Of a stretch of DNA of 64,000 nucleotides, positions 42,225 to 56,000 are shown one piece after another. The DNA comes from Dictyostelium discoideum. Its lineage: Eukaryota. The DNA lies in contig CM000152.2 in assembly GCA_000004695.1 (NCBI GenBank), positions 1,536,001 through 1,600,000 of the forward strand, in the 5' to 3' direction. Below the pieces are notes generated by a model. It did no database searches. It had not been told where the DNA came from and worked only from the letters and a program-made list of their open reading frames with translations. Position 1 is the first letter of the stretch. Each line of letters opens with the position of its first letter. The position numbers were made by a program, and so were the translations under genes.

Positions 42225-42923
42225 TTAGTTGTCAGCAACTTTTTTGGTTTGGAGACCTTTGAAGCTCTTGACGATGACTAATGAAGCAACAGTGTATAAT
42301 TTTTCAGTTGCGTTTTCATCTTCGTTTCTCTTTCTTGAGAGGGTGACACGGACTCTGTGTGGAACGTTCTTGATACCTTGGCTCCATAAGAATTTGTTTA
42401 ATTTGTTATCAATACGGACATCTTTGGTACCCATGATCTTTTGAGCAAAGAGCTTGACTTGTTTGACAGCTTTTGGGGCTCTATCCTTGAAGGTACTAAA
42501 TGATTTGAAGTAAAAATGATGATGATGGTTAACAATCTATTTTATTTAAATATTTATTTTATTTGACAAGGGGACCAGATGAATTGTAAAAGTATAAAGA
42601 CTCTCTAAAAGTACGTAGTGGTGTGATGGTAGGTTGTGTTACGACACAACCCCCACTACGTAAAGAGGTGGCAGAATATCTGCTCTTGTATACCCTATTG
42701 AAACAGTAATAATATTATTACTACTGTTTACAATAGATACAAAACACCTGACTCCTTGCAAAATGTAATAATCCTTTATCCTGAATCTATATTTACTTTA
42801 ATCTATGGATTAAAGATAGATTGACTAGGAATAAGATATCAATTAACATTTTACATACGTTCCGTAGAGTCTCTTGTGGAGATTGATGGTGTATTCTCTG
42901 GTGACGGCTTCAGATGATGACAT
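42225..42923 (-). CDS. rpl31: 60S ribosomal protein L31 (eL31). Two exons: 42923..42859 and 42495..42225, separated by an unusually long and GC-rich 363-nt intron.
   Basis: The encoded protein [21 protein letters not shown]|[74 protein letters not shown]... is collinear with eukaryotic eL31 (…[81 protein letters not shown]…). The GTATGT donor and ATTTAG acceptor are in phase 2. Confidence 0.85.
42600..42790. ncRNA. Candidate structured non-coding RNA (snoRNA-like) embedded in the rpl31 intron. The strand and class (H/ACA or C/D) are unresolved.
   Basis: About 45% GC over 200 nt inside an otherwise AT-rich genome. Nested perfect stems: acgtagtgg...ccactacgt (9 bp) encloses ggttgtg-ttacga-cacaacc (7 bp) with an asymmetric internal loop. 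A second long imperfect hairpin is ttgtata..ctattg-aaacagtaataat/attattactactgttt-caatag..atacaa. A TGATGATGATGG (C-box-like) string lies at 42516 on the + strand. See findings. Confidence 0.3.
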
Positions 42924-43518
42924 TGTGATATGGATGCTATACAGATAATCAAATTTCAAAAAAAAAAAAATTAAAAACAGTTCTTCCGCCCCCCAAAAAA
43001 AAAAAAAAAAAAAATTTTGAAAAAAAAAAAAATTTCGAAAAAAAAAAACGAAAAGCCCGAATAACGTTATATTAATAGATTTTTTATTTTTTTTTAAATT
43101 ATTTCTTCTTTTAATTTTTTTTTTTTATTTAATTATTTTTATACTATTATAATTAATAATATTATAATTATTTTAGGATATTTTCTTTAATAATGTGGTA
43201 ACTATTTTCAAATTAAAATTTAAATCTTTTTTTTTATTTCTTATAACTTAAATAATATCTATAAAAAAAAATTTCTAAAAAGGAAAAAAAAAAATAAAAA
43301 AATATATACTTTTATGATTAAACAACATTTTAAAAATTAAAGAAAAAAAAAAAAAAAACAAAAATCTCATATCTAGATTTAAAAAAAGATAAATCAATAA
43401 AGAAAGAATCAGGTTATTTTTTTTTTTTTAAAAATTGTTTTTTATTTTTTTATTTTTTTTTTTTTGTTTAGTTATTTTTTTCTTTTTTTTTTTTTCTTTT
43501 TTTTTTTCTTTCTTTTTT

Positions 43519-43549
<31 letters not shown>

Positions 43550-43625
43550 TTCTTTTTTTTTTAAATGTAATGTTTATAATTTTTTTTGGAAAGGATTTTT
43601 CTTTTTTTTTTTTTTTTTTTTAAAT

Positions 43626-45456
43626 CTAGATATGAGATTTTTGAGAGACCAATTCTGAAAAAGCAGAGTCTATACATTTTTTTAAATCTTTATAACTGAC
43701 TACCAAAAGTGATTGTTCATCTCTAGACATTAAAAGTATTTTTTCATCGACACCACAATCCAATTTATTGAGGGTTTCAACAACATGGTAAAAGTCGAGC
43801 ACAGGAGTACCATCATCGTAGACTTGATGAAAGATGTAGTCACGAAACAATTTGATTAGATACCTATCACCAGTTTCAGACCAACGTGGATCCATATCAT
43901 AGAGTGGACGTTCATTGATGAAACCCAACTTTGTAACCAATCTAAAGAGACGACCATTCTCATATTCTTTAGAGAGTTCAGTCTCGAGGTCATCAGTGTA
44001 GGTATGAAGATAATTATTCTCTTGCAAAAGTCTTCCACTAATCATCAACACCACTTCATCGATATTTGGTAGGTTTATAACTGGTTTGGTTAATAGATAT
44101 ACAATTAGATTATACAATTCTTTACTATACTGATTTGATACATATTCGATTGATTTCGAAAGATTGGTAGTAGTAGTTGATTGAGCGGATCTACATGCCA
44201 ATGTCAATATTAATCTACCAAATAACAATAGATCTTCATGTTGATACTGTGCTAAAATACGTGGAGTATCGAAATTCACCACATCAAATATACCAACACC
44301 ATTCATTCGAATCCTATTCTTTCCAGTTAATAATATCTTACTTGGATGAATTACACGACAAACTAATCCTGCTGAATGAATTGTCTTTAATGCTGATGTA
44401 ATTTGACATATAAAACTCCATAATACACTTTCACTTAATGGATTACCACTTTGACTTAGATATTTACTTTCCAATGTTTCTGATCCTGGGAAAAATTCAT
44501 ATGTAAAAAATAATGCTAAAAAAATAAAATAAAAAAATACAATTAATAAATAAAATAAAAATTTTATATTATTATTATTATTATTGTTATTATTGTTTTT
44601 TTTTTACTTACAACTATTATCACCAAATTCTTTACTAACAAAAATTTCTTTTAATGATACAATATTTGGATGTTGAATATTTCTCCAAGTTTCAGCAGCT
44701 TGTAATGCATACTCACTTGATAGTCTAAAACCTTCAACTCTTCTAATTGCATAAGGTAAACCATCCAATGTACTAATAGCTTTATATACTGAAGTTATAT
44801 ATCCAAACATTTTACCTTGGTTTTCTCTTGATGCATCATGATCTAATGGATATAGTGAATGATATTTATTTAACATTGGTGGTATATTTTTAATTCTTGG
44901 ATCTAATTTTTTTTTATTTTTTTATTATTAATAATAAAAAAAAAAAAAAACAAAAGGGTGATCAATAATTAATAAAATTAAAATATATGGAAATATTTTT
45001 TTAAATTTTCTTTTTTTTTTTTTAATTTTTTTTTTTATAATTTACATACCATTTGGGTCAAGAGTTAAATATAATAATGATTTTTGATTTAAAATATCTT
45101 GTTTTAAAGATTCAGACATAAAGAAAGAACCTATATTTCTTCTACCTGGTTTATTTCGAATTACTGATTGTGAATAGGATGGGTATGGTGTATATGATTG
45201 ATTGATTTGTGCTTGTTGTTGTGCAGCTTGAATTTGTTGTAAATGTTGTTGAAGTTGTAATTGTAAAAGTTTATTATTATTATTTTGTAATGATGGATTT
45301 TGTGCTAAAGGTTGTGATGATGGTTGTTGTTGCTGTTGTTGTTGTNNNNNNNNNNNNNNNNNNNNNNNNNNNNNNNNNNNNNNNNNNNNNNNNNNNNNNN
45401 NNNNNNNNNNNNNNNNNNNNNNNNNNNNNNNNNNNNNNNNNNNNNGATAAACCGCC

Positions 45457-45487
<31 letters not shown>

Positions 45488-46266
45488 GCTGTGATGATGA
45501 TTGTGGTGAAGGATTTGGTTGCTGGAATTGTTGTTGATATGATTGTGGTGATGCATTTCTCATTTGTGCTGCTACAAAATTATTAATCTGGAATTGATTA
45601 TTCATATTTGGATCAATACCATTATTTGGTTGTGGTTGTGGTTCCTATATTTTTTCACATATTTATGTGAGTCAGAATTTATACATATAAAAATAAGTAA
45701 ATAAGTAAATAAATATAAATAAATAAAGGTAATAATTATTATAGATTATTTCAACATACATATTGATGTTGTTCATAATCATCCACTGAGTTATCACCAT
45801 AAGGGTATAAATGCTGATCATCGTCATAATTTTGTTGCTGTTGTTGTTGTAAAAGTAATGCTTGCTGCTGTTGTTGTTGTAATAGCTGCTGTTGTTGTAA
45901 TTGTTGTAATTGCTGTTTTGGTATATATTCTGGTATTCCTGATTGAAAATGATCTGCCCAATGATGATTTGTTTGTTGATTTGTACTTAAATTTTGAAAT
46001 GATGTTGTTAAATTATCTCTATTAAAGTGTGTGTGTATGTATGTATGTATGTATGTATGTATGTATGTATGTATGTGTGTGTGTGTGAAATGATATTATT
46101 AGTAAATAAACAAAGGTATATATCTGAATAAATATCTAAAGTATATAAGATATTAAAATGATCTATACATTGGAGATTTCTTTAATGGTGATGCTATATT
46201 ACTGTTTGGACTAATTATTGGGTTATTTGATGTTGCTGTATTATTACTTCCATTGCCGTTTGAATT

Positions 46267-46364
<98 letters not shown>

Positions 46365-46473
46365 GCTGAGGTGTTAATTCGTGACTAAATTCGCATTTAT
46401 CACTATTTCGACAATAACCATGTAGTGCAATATTTTTACATTGTTTTTGATTTTTTGGTTGTTGTTGATACAC
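43626..46473 (-). CDS. pan3: PAN3, the regulatory subunit of the PAN2-PAN3 poly(A)-specific deadenylase. Five exons: 46473..46169, 46018..45760, 45644..45050 (interrupted by the 100-N gap), 44902..44612, 44515..43626.
   Basis: The N-terminal CCCH zinc finger is CKNIALHGYCRNSDKCEFSHE. The pseudokinase, coiled-coil and C-terminal knob regions are collinear with metazoan PAN3, for example GYITSVYKAISTLDGLPYAIRRVEGFRL, SLFFTYEFFPGSETL (compare SLVFAYDFHAGGETM), LWSFICQITSALKTIHSAGLVCRVIHPSKILLTGKNRIRMNGVGIFDV, NGRLFRLVTKLGFINERP and WSETGDRYLIKLFRDYIFHQV. Introns are at GTATAG (unusual), GTATGT, GTATGT and GTAAGT, with phases 2, 0, 1, 1 consistent. Long poly-Q tracts. Confidence 0.8.
45346..45445. 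other. Assembly gap: exactly 100 N inside the poly-Q-encoding third exon of pan3.
   Basis: Literal n-run. The (CAA/CAG)n repeat on both sides probably caused the assembly break. The reading frame across it is unknown. Confidence 0.95.
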
Positions 46474-47193
46474 TATAATCCAAATATATATATATATATA
46501 TATATGTGTTAGTAAAGAATAGAATATTAAATAAAAAAAAAAAAAAAGAATATAAAAAAATAAAAAAAAAAAATTAGAAAAAATTTAAAATTTAAAATTT
46601 AAAGACACAAATCAATATAATGTAATCATCAAATCAAAAAAAAAAAAAAAAAAAGAAAAGGGATATCTTTTTTCCTTTTTTTTTTTTTTTTTTTTTTTTT
46701 AATTTTATTAGTATTTTATTTTATTTATATAAAATTTCCTTTATATATTAATTATTAATTTATTAATTTTGTTAATAACAAAAATTAATAACCAAATGTT
46801 TCTATTATAAAACCATAAATAATAGCTTTTTTTATTAATTTTTTTATTTTTAAATTTTTAATTTCCTCTCTCTCCTCTCTCTTCTCTCTCTTCTCTCTTT
46901 TTTTTTTTTTTTATTATTTTTTTAAAATTTTTTTTTTTTTATTTTTTTAAAATTTAATTAACCCCTAAAAAAAAAAAAAAATTCAAAAAAAATCAAAAAA
47001 ATTAAAAAAAGAAAAAAATAAAATAAAATTCAAAATAAATAAAATTTTTTTTTTTTTTTTTTTTTCAAAAAATTCAAAAAAAAATAAAAAAAAAAAAAAA
47101 ACGGAACATTTTGGCAGAAAACGCGAGTCACTTTTTGGAATCTACAAATTCGGTTTTCCTTATTCATCCCTTTTTTAAAAATATTTTTAAAAA

Positions 47194-47224
<31 letters not shown>

Positions 47225-47285
47225 CAATCAAATAAATAAATATATATATTTTTAATAATAATAATAATAATAATTTTATTTTAAT

Positions 47286-47841
47286 ATGCCAATTAATAAA
47301 AATAATGAAAATAGTGGTGATAATGACAATATGATTTCAAATAATAAAAAAAAGAAATTATTATTTGAAGCAGAGAGTGTACAAGATGAATATTATGACG
47401 TAGATACAAATAGAGATGATAAATCAAGATCAAAAGTCAATTCATTTAGAGTAAGTAATTTGTCATATAATAATAAAAAAAAAAAAAAAAACCGAAACTA
47501 AAAATAATTTTTAATTTTTATTAATTTATTTATTTATTTATTTATTTATTTTAGTATCAAAGTTTTTCAGAAAAAATCTCAAAAGTTGATATCAATATTT
47601 TCAATAAAGTTGGTGATGTATTGATTGAATTGGAACACGAAAATGATTCATACTTTCATCAATCAATTATGACATGGAGAGAATTAAATCTTACTCAACA
47701 TTATAACAATTTTTTCATTCACATTCGTAAATATCATAATAGTCTTCCAGAAATTATCATTCATAAAGATAAAATTATCGATATTTTATTACAACATATT
47801 TCAATTAAAAATTCAACAGCTTTAAAACCATTATTAAGGTA

Positions 47842-47925
<84 letters not shown>

Positions 47926-49960
47926 TGTTTTTTTTATTTTTTATTTTTATTTTATTTTATTTTACTAAATTTCTTTTTATTTCTTTTTATTTTTATAATT
48001 ATTATAGTATTTTAGCATCATTATCACGTGATTTAAGATCAGAATTTTATGGATCATTTTTTAAAGTTTTAAAAGTTTTAATTACAGTTTTAAAAAATTC
48101 ATTCCAATCTGAATCAATTGAAGAAATTTATACATCAATTTGTTTTATTTTCAAATTTTTAGAAAAGCAAATTTTACCAAATTTCACCCAATTATTTGAG
48201 TAAGTTTTTATTATTATTTTTTTATAAAATATATATTTTTTTTTTTTTTGTATAAAATAGTAATTTTTTAAAAAATTTTATTTTTTTATTTTTAGAATTT
48301 ATTCAGAATTATTTTTACAAAAAAGAAAATATATTAGAAAGTTTGCAGCAGAAAGTATTGCATTCTTTTTAAGAAAGATTTCATTTGAAGAATTTGAATT
48401 AACATTGAATTATTTATTTGGACAATTATCAATTAATAATCAAAGTGAAGAGTTTATTGATGCATTTTCAATATTATTATTTCATTCAGTTAAAGGTGTT
48501 AAAGGTAAATTTCATTCACGTACTGAACATATTTTACCATTAATGTTAAGACAATTGGATTCAAAAAATATTAAAAACTGTCAATATGAATGTAAATTCC
48601 GTGTAATCGTAAGATTATTCCAATTAATTAAAAATCATGCTGTTAATGAAGGTGATAATTTAAAACCAATTTGGATAACATTAAAAAAAGAATCAAATGA
48701 AATTTTTAATTTAATTAAAATTTTTCAACAACAACAACAACAACAAAATAATATCAGCAGCGGCAATAATAAAGAATTATTAAATTTATCAAGTCAACTT
48801 GAAGCATATTTTAATATTATTAAAGATTGGATGAATGGTAGTAAAATGATTGATGTTAATGATATTTTCATTATTTTATCAAATTTCTTTGAAAATGGGT
48901 TAATTTTAAAAACAATAATTGAAAATGAATTTAATTCATCAAATTTATTAATAGTTTTAGCAAAAGCATATCCAATTTCAATTAAATATAGTGGTAGTGG
49001 TAATAGTGGTAAAAAAGAATTAATGTTAAAATATTTAGATAATTTATTTTCATTACAAAATATAAAGAATTCACATTTATTAATATTTCAATTTTGTACA
49101 AGTTTAAAGAAATCAAATTTACAAGATACAATCATTACAAATAGATTAGTTAAATATTTAGATAAGAATTCATCAACATTGGATATTAATGAAATGTTAG
49201 CATTTATAATTCGTGTTTTCACATTGGATGAAAATGATGAACCTTTACCAATTTCATTATATCCATCATATGAAATTCCAAATCTTTTAAAGAAATTAGA
49301 ATCATTATTAATTAATTTCAATAAGAATTTCAATGTTATTAGTAGTAATAGTAGTGATGATAATGATAGCAACCATGGTTGTAATTTTAATTTTGGTTCA
49401 ATTTGGTCAATTGTTTCAAGTTTAGTTTGTATTTATTCAAAATCAATTATTGAAATTTTACCAATTTTAGAAAATACAACAATTTTAATTGAATCATTAA
49501 TAAATAATAGTAATAGTACAATTTCAAAAGATTCACAAGAATATCAAAATTTAATTTATTTATTATCACAATCATTATCAAGTTATATCATTTTATTATC
49601 AAAACATTCAAAAACTACAAATAAATTAGCACAATTATCAAAGAGAATTTTTAATTTACTATCAAACTTTTCAAATAATATAAATATTTTAAAATTATCT
49701 TCAATTTATTTTGAAAAATTAAAAGATTTTGAACAAATAACACCACCAATACCAATAACAACAACAGTAGAAAAGAAATCATTAACAAAGAAATCAACAA
49801 CAACAACAACAACAACAACAAAATCAATTACACCAGTTGAACCAATTAAATTTGAAATATTTAAAAATCATTTAGAATTATTAAAATTAAATTTAACAAA
49901 TAAATCAAATTCTATTAGAAGAGAAACTATATCAACATTAAAATATTTACATTTATGTAC

Positions 49961-50059
<99 letters not shown>

Positions 50060-53000
50060 GAATGATACTACATCATCAACAATATCAACACAAGAAGAAA
50101 ATGATGAAATTCAAAGATTGTTTGATTATTGTTTTGAAATTGAAACAGCTCAATATCATTTAAGAGATGCAAGAAGTGTTGTTTCAAAGGTTGATGCAAT
50201 TGGTTCAATCTATTCAAATGGAAAGATACCATATTTTAATGATTTACTTTATCATTATATGATGGGTGGTTTTTATATTCGTTTTACTCCAATTTGGTCT
50301 GCAATTCAAAAGAATATAATATTATTTTGTAAAAAAGATATAAACAAATTTTATCCAATCCTTTATAAAACTTTACAAAATTCTGAACAAACTTTATTAA
50401 ATTTAAATAAAGATAAAATGATAATTGATAATGAAAAAGAAAATGAACATGATGAAGAAGATGTTGAATTAATTGAAGATGAAGATGAAGATGAAAATAA
50501 TGAAGTAGAAGAAGAAAAAGAAAAAGTTGAAAAAGAAATTGAAGAAGAGGAGGAAGAAGAAGAAGAAGAAGAAATAAAATTAATTGAAAATATATCATTT
50601 GAAAAATTAATTATTAAAGATAAATTAAATTTAAATTATTTATTTAATGAAATTTTAGATAGATTATATATGGAGAATTCAGAAATGATTGAAAAATCAG
50701 CTAGGAATATATTATTATTATCAACTGATCCAATTAATTATAATTCAACATTATGGAAAACAATGTCAATGTTGGGTTCATTAGTTGAGGCTCAATCAAA
50801 GGATTTAATTCAAATGTTTTTAGAATTTGTTTATTTCGATTTCAATAGATTTACAAAAGTTTTCAAAAATTCATCAAGTGGTGATTCATTCGATTTCGGT
50901 GAATCAATTATAAAAGTTGCACAAACAAGAGACCAATCAATTATAAAACCTTATTCAAAAACTCAAGCTGAACAACTCTTTCTTTACTATTTAGAATTCT
51001 TTTCACAATTTAAACGTCCAACTAAAATGTATCAACAAGATTTAATGAAACAATTATTCTATCGTTGTTTGGATATTGATGAACCAAAAATTCAATTCCA
51101 AACATTACAATGTTATTTACTTTGGGCAAATCCTTCAATTCAACCTTATAAAAAGAATTTAGAACGTTTAATTCATGATAAAACAATGAGAGAAGAAATG
51201 ACTACTTTTATCATCTCAAAAGGTTCACCAAATACTTCAATCACTGATGATCATAGAGTTGAAATCGTTGAAGTCGTCGTTAAAATCTTAATTTCAAAAT
51301 TAAATCGTAAAGTTACTCGTTCATCAATCGATGCTCAAAGAATTACAATTTTCTCTTATTTCTCTGGTTTATCATCTGATGAATTAAAACCAATTATTAA
51401 AAGACTTTTACAACCATTTAGCTTATTATTAAATTCATTAAATGAAAATGTTAATAGTGGTGGTGTTACCAGCAGTAATAAGAAGATTAAGAAATCAACT
51501 AGTTTGGTTAAAGAAGACTTTTCATTATTACCACAATTGGATAGTCAAGTTTACTTTTTAAATATTTTACAATCAGCTGTTAAACAATTGGGTTCATTAT
51601 TAGTACCATTTATGGATGATATTATAAAGATATTGTTAACAATTTCGAAGAATACTTTAACGACAACCATTGTCAATTCAAATGATAAACGTCCAAAGAT
51701 TATATCATCAATTCGTTCTTTGGCATTTAGAAGATTCTCTGAAATTTTACAACAATACCATTCTTGGGATTTCAAAGATTATATATCAGAATTATTTAAA
51801 ATTATCTCAACTATACTTCCATCATTAAATGCTTATGGTTTACCAGTTGGTTTAAGAAGATGTTTATTCGTAGTTTCTTCAAATTCAAATTTAGTAGGTT
51901 ACTTAAATCAAGATATTAAATTGTTACCAACAATCTTGTCATTTATAACCTATAAACCACATCAAGATTCTTTCTTATCAATCATTGAAAATCTTTTATT
52001 AAATGTTGATCCAAATGAAGCTGAACCAACAATAATTGAAATTTATATGAAAGTTTTATTACCACATATTGATACAATTATTAATGCTGTTAAATCAATT
52101 TTATTACGTGGTAATAATAATAAAAAACAAAAACAAGAACAAAAACAACAACAAGAACAACAAGATATTTCAAAAAGTGGTAGTAATTTTACACAACCAA
52201 AATTAAATTCATTAAATCCAAGTAAATTATCAAAAAGACATTTAGCAATTTTATCAGAAGTTAGTAAATTTGCAAAATCAGCAGAACAAGCTAGTGAATT
52301 ATTAGAATTATTAATTCCATTCCTTAGATATAATAAATTGGGTGATGATGATGATTTAGTTTTATCGATTTTAGTTATCTTTAAGAATATGTTATCAATT
52401 ATAGAGAATCCAGATCACCACATTCCAACCTTGTCAACATTATTTGGTGTATTTAAAACTCGTCTCACTCGTACGACATTGGCAGAGATATTCTTAGTGT
52501 TGGGTGAAAAAGTGAGTTATATGTCATTGATTTCTCCATACTTGGAGAAACTAAATGCATACACAAAGAAGAGTGTGCATTTGGAAACCTATGATTACGA
52601 TAAACGTTTGGAAGCTTATCAATACATTAACGATAATCTATTAGAGAAATTGGGTCATCGTGAATTGTTACCATTATTTATAAACTATGTCTACTTTATA
52701 AATGATAAAGATTACTCAATTAAAAATAGTGCAATCTCTGGTATCTCGAGATTAATTAAATCAATCTCAAAGAAATTAAATGAAAATGGTGAAGTGATTA
52801 AATCAAATGATCAACAAAACACAATTGAAATCATTAATCACTTTAAAACCATTTTCATTCAATCAATGCGTTCATCATTTAATGATAAAGATGTTAGAGA
52901 TGAATTTTTAATTCTATTCAATCAATTACTCATCGATTGGAAAGGTCATAATCAATTTTATCCAGATTTAAAACAACTCTTATTCATTGGTGATGATGAA

Positions 53001-56000
53001 AAGAACTTTTTCTTAAATTATTGTCATATTCAAAAACATAGAAAAAGATTATCATTCCTTCAATTAAAAAATATTTGTTCAATTAATAATCAAGATGATG
53101 ATGGTAATAATAATAATCAAGACAATTGTAAATTTTCAAATGAAACAATTAATCATATTATTTTACCACTTTCAATTCAAGCTATTTTAGAAACATCAAT
53201 AAAAGATCATGGTAGTGCTGTACTTGGTGAGGTTGTTAAATCTTTAGGTGTATTAGCAAAATCATTAGATTGGAAATGTTATTATCAAGTTTTAAAGAAA
53301 TTAATTAAAACAATGGATGAACATCCAAATAGATTTAAATTCTTTGTTAAATCAGTTTGTGAAGTAATTGATGAATTCCATTTCTTTATTAATGAAACTG
53401 ATGTTAGAAATGAATTATTAACTGGTTCTGAAATTAAAGATGATAAAATTAATAATAAAGATGAAAATAATAAAGAACAAGCAGAAGAAGAAGAAGATGA
53501 TGAAGATGATGATGATAATGAAGAAGATGAAGAAATGGGTGAAGAAGAAAAAGAATTAAGAGAAATTGAAAATGATCAAAATAATTTAGTAACTGAATAT
53601 AATGAATTTGATCAAGAAGAGAATGGTGTATTAAAAGTTTCAAAAACTAAAGCACAATCAATATTAAAGATTAGAAAGAAGAAAGTTATTGGTAGTACAA
53701 TTGTAAAGACTAAAAATATTTCTGAAGAGATTTTCCAAGCGATTACAACGGTTTTAACACCACAATTAAAGAAACATCTTGTTGAAGTTAAAGTTGTAAC
53801 AAGCTCAAAGATGGATACTGGTAGTGCAGCTCAAGCAGAGAAACAAAAGAATGAAGGTTTAGTTAATTTATCGATTGCATTGGCAATATTAAAACTTTAT
53901 AAACTTTTACCAGAGAAAACATCCTCTCAATTGTATCCAAATATCATTGGTAAACTTTGTATTGGTTTAAAGAGTAAGGAATACTCAGTTAGAGATACAA
54001 CTAGATCAACACTTTTGCAAGTGATGGAAACATTAGGCTACAGATTCTTCCCATACATTCTTAAAGATTTAAGAAATATTTTAAAGAATGGTTATCAAAA
54101 GCATATCCTTGCCTATACATTACATGCTCTATTGAATACACTTTCAAAGAGTATCGAAGTCGGTGTATTGGATAGTCAAATATCATTATTGATGGACATT
54201 ATCATTGAAGATCTCTTTGGTGAACCATCGGTTCAACGTGAGATTAAACAAGTTCAAGATACTTATCCAGAGGCAAAAACTCAACGTTCTTTCGATTCTT
54301 TACGTATCATTGCAACCATCATTCATTTCAGTAATACAAATTTTATGATTAAACCTATAGAAGAGATCATTTCAGTTTCAAATTCACCAAAACTTTTACC
54401 AAATTTACAAGAGATGATTAAAAAGATTGGTAAAGGTCTTAGAGGTAATAAATCTTTAGATTTTAAGAATCTATCGATTTTAACCTATCAATTCATTACC
54501 AAAGGTTTAAGAGAGAAAGAAATCAATCAATTTTCAAATAGAAAAACAATTACTCTTGATACATCGATTGGTGTTGCTCATAAACCAACCTATGAAGAGA
54601 CTTTCTCAATTCAAGCTGATCCATCTAAAAAGAAGAATTCTCGTATTCATCAACAAGAGACTCATTCATTTATTTTCGCTGAATTAGGTTTCTCTCTATT
54701 GATTCATGCAATCAAGAGTCAAAAATCAACTCAACTCGAACAATATCGTTCAATGATTGATCCATTCATCACTTATATCTCCAAATGTTTAGAACATAAA
54801 CAACCACGTGTAGTTTATCTATCATTGAAATGTTTATTAAAAGTTTTCAATATGGATTTACCAAGTGTAAAAGCAAATTCAAAACAATTGACAATTCAAG
54901 TACTAAAGAGACTTCAAATGGATTCTGGTAATGAAAAGATTTCAAATAGTTCCTATGAGATGGCAACTTGCTTCCTTCGTGATGAAAAACAAGAACATGT
55001 CAATGAAGAACAATTGAAAGCAATTCTATCGTTAACTCGTCAACATTTAACAAGTGGTGAACAAAATCTTAATCGTTCACTTACTATGCTTCATGTTTTA
55101 GTCAATAGAAAAGTCTTACTACCTGAAATCTACGATCTAATGGATTTCTGTTGTGCATTGATGATTCGTTCTCATCAACCATCGATTGCAACCATCATTA
55201 GTAATATTTTCATTGACTTTTTATTATTCTATCCAATGGGTGAAACTCGTTTAAAACAACAAATCACTTTTCTCATAAAGAATCTTTCCTATGAATATGA
55301 CCATGGTAGACAAATAGTTTTGAAAACTCTAACTCAAATAGTTGAACGTTTCCCACAAGAAGTTTTGAATCAATATGCTCTAATTATCTACGTTCCATTG
55401 GTTGTACGTTTAACAAGTGATCCATCACCATCTTGTCGTGAAAATGTCGCTCAATTAATTAAACAATTGATTAAAGGTGTCTCTGTTCAAATCGCTTCGA
55501 AAATCTATGATATGACAATGTGTTGGTTTGAAAATGGTTCAAAGAATCTTACAATGGCTAGAACCTCTGCTCAAATCATTGGTATTCAATCCGAATGCTC
55601 TTTGGCAAACTTTGAATCAAAACTTCCAACTATCGTTTCAAAATCATTACCATACATTGAACAATGTTTAACCTCACTTCGTGAAAAAGAACAATCATTC
55701 AATATCATTGATGAAATCTCTGATGATGCTCAAAATTCAACTCAATTACTACCAGGTTGGCAATTATCTTATTCAATCTTTACTTCATTTGAAAAGATTT
55801 TAACAAATTATCCAAACTTTTCAACTTCAACTCATTTATCTCAATTTTGGAAACTTTCAATTGAATTCTTAAATTATCCACATATTTGGGTTAGAACTAG
55901 TTTAACTAGATTATTTAATATTTTCTTTACTCAACATTCAATTTTAAATTTAGTACCAATTATTGATCAATTATCAACAAATAACAATAATAATAATAAT

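Noticed and set aside
42500-42858. Box C/D snoRNA in host-sense orientation within the rpl31 intron
   Set aside because: There is no RUGAUGA or CUGA in the sense strand. The TGATGATGA string is on the antisense strand and is too far from any CTGA for a canonical C/D RNA. The structured-RNA call is kept only as a class-unassigned candidate.
45209-45586. ORFs containing long X runs on both strands
   Set aside because: Artefacts of translating through the 100-N assembly gap.
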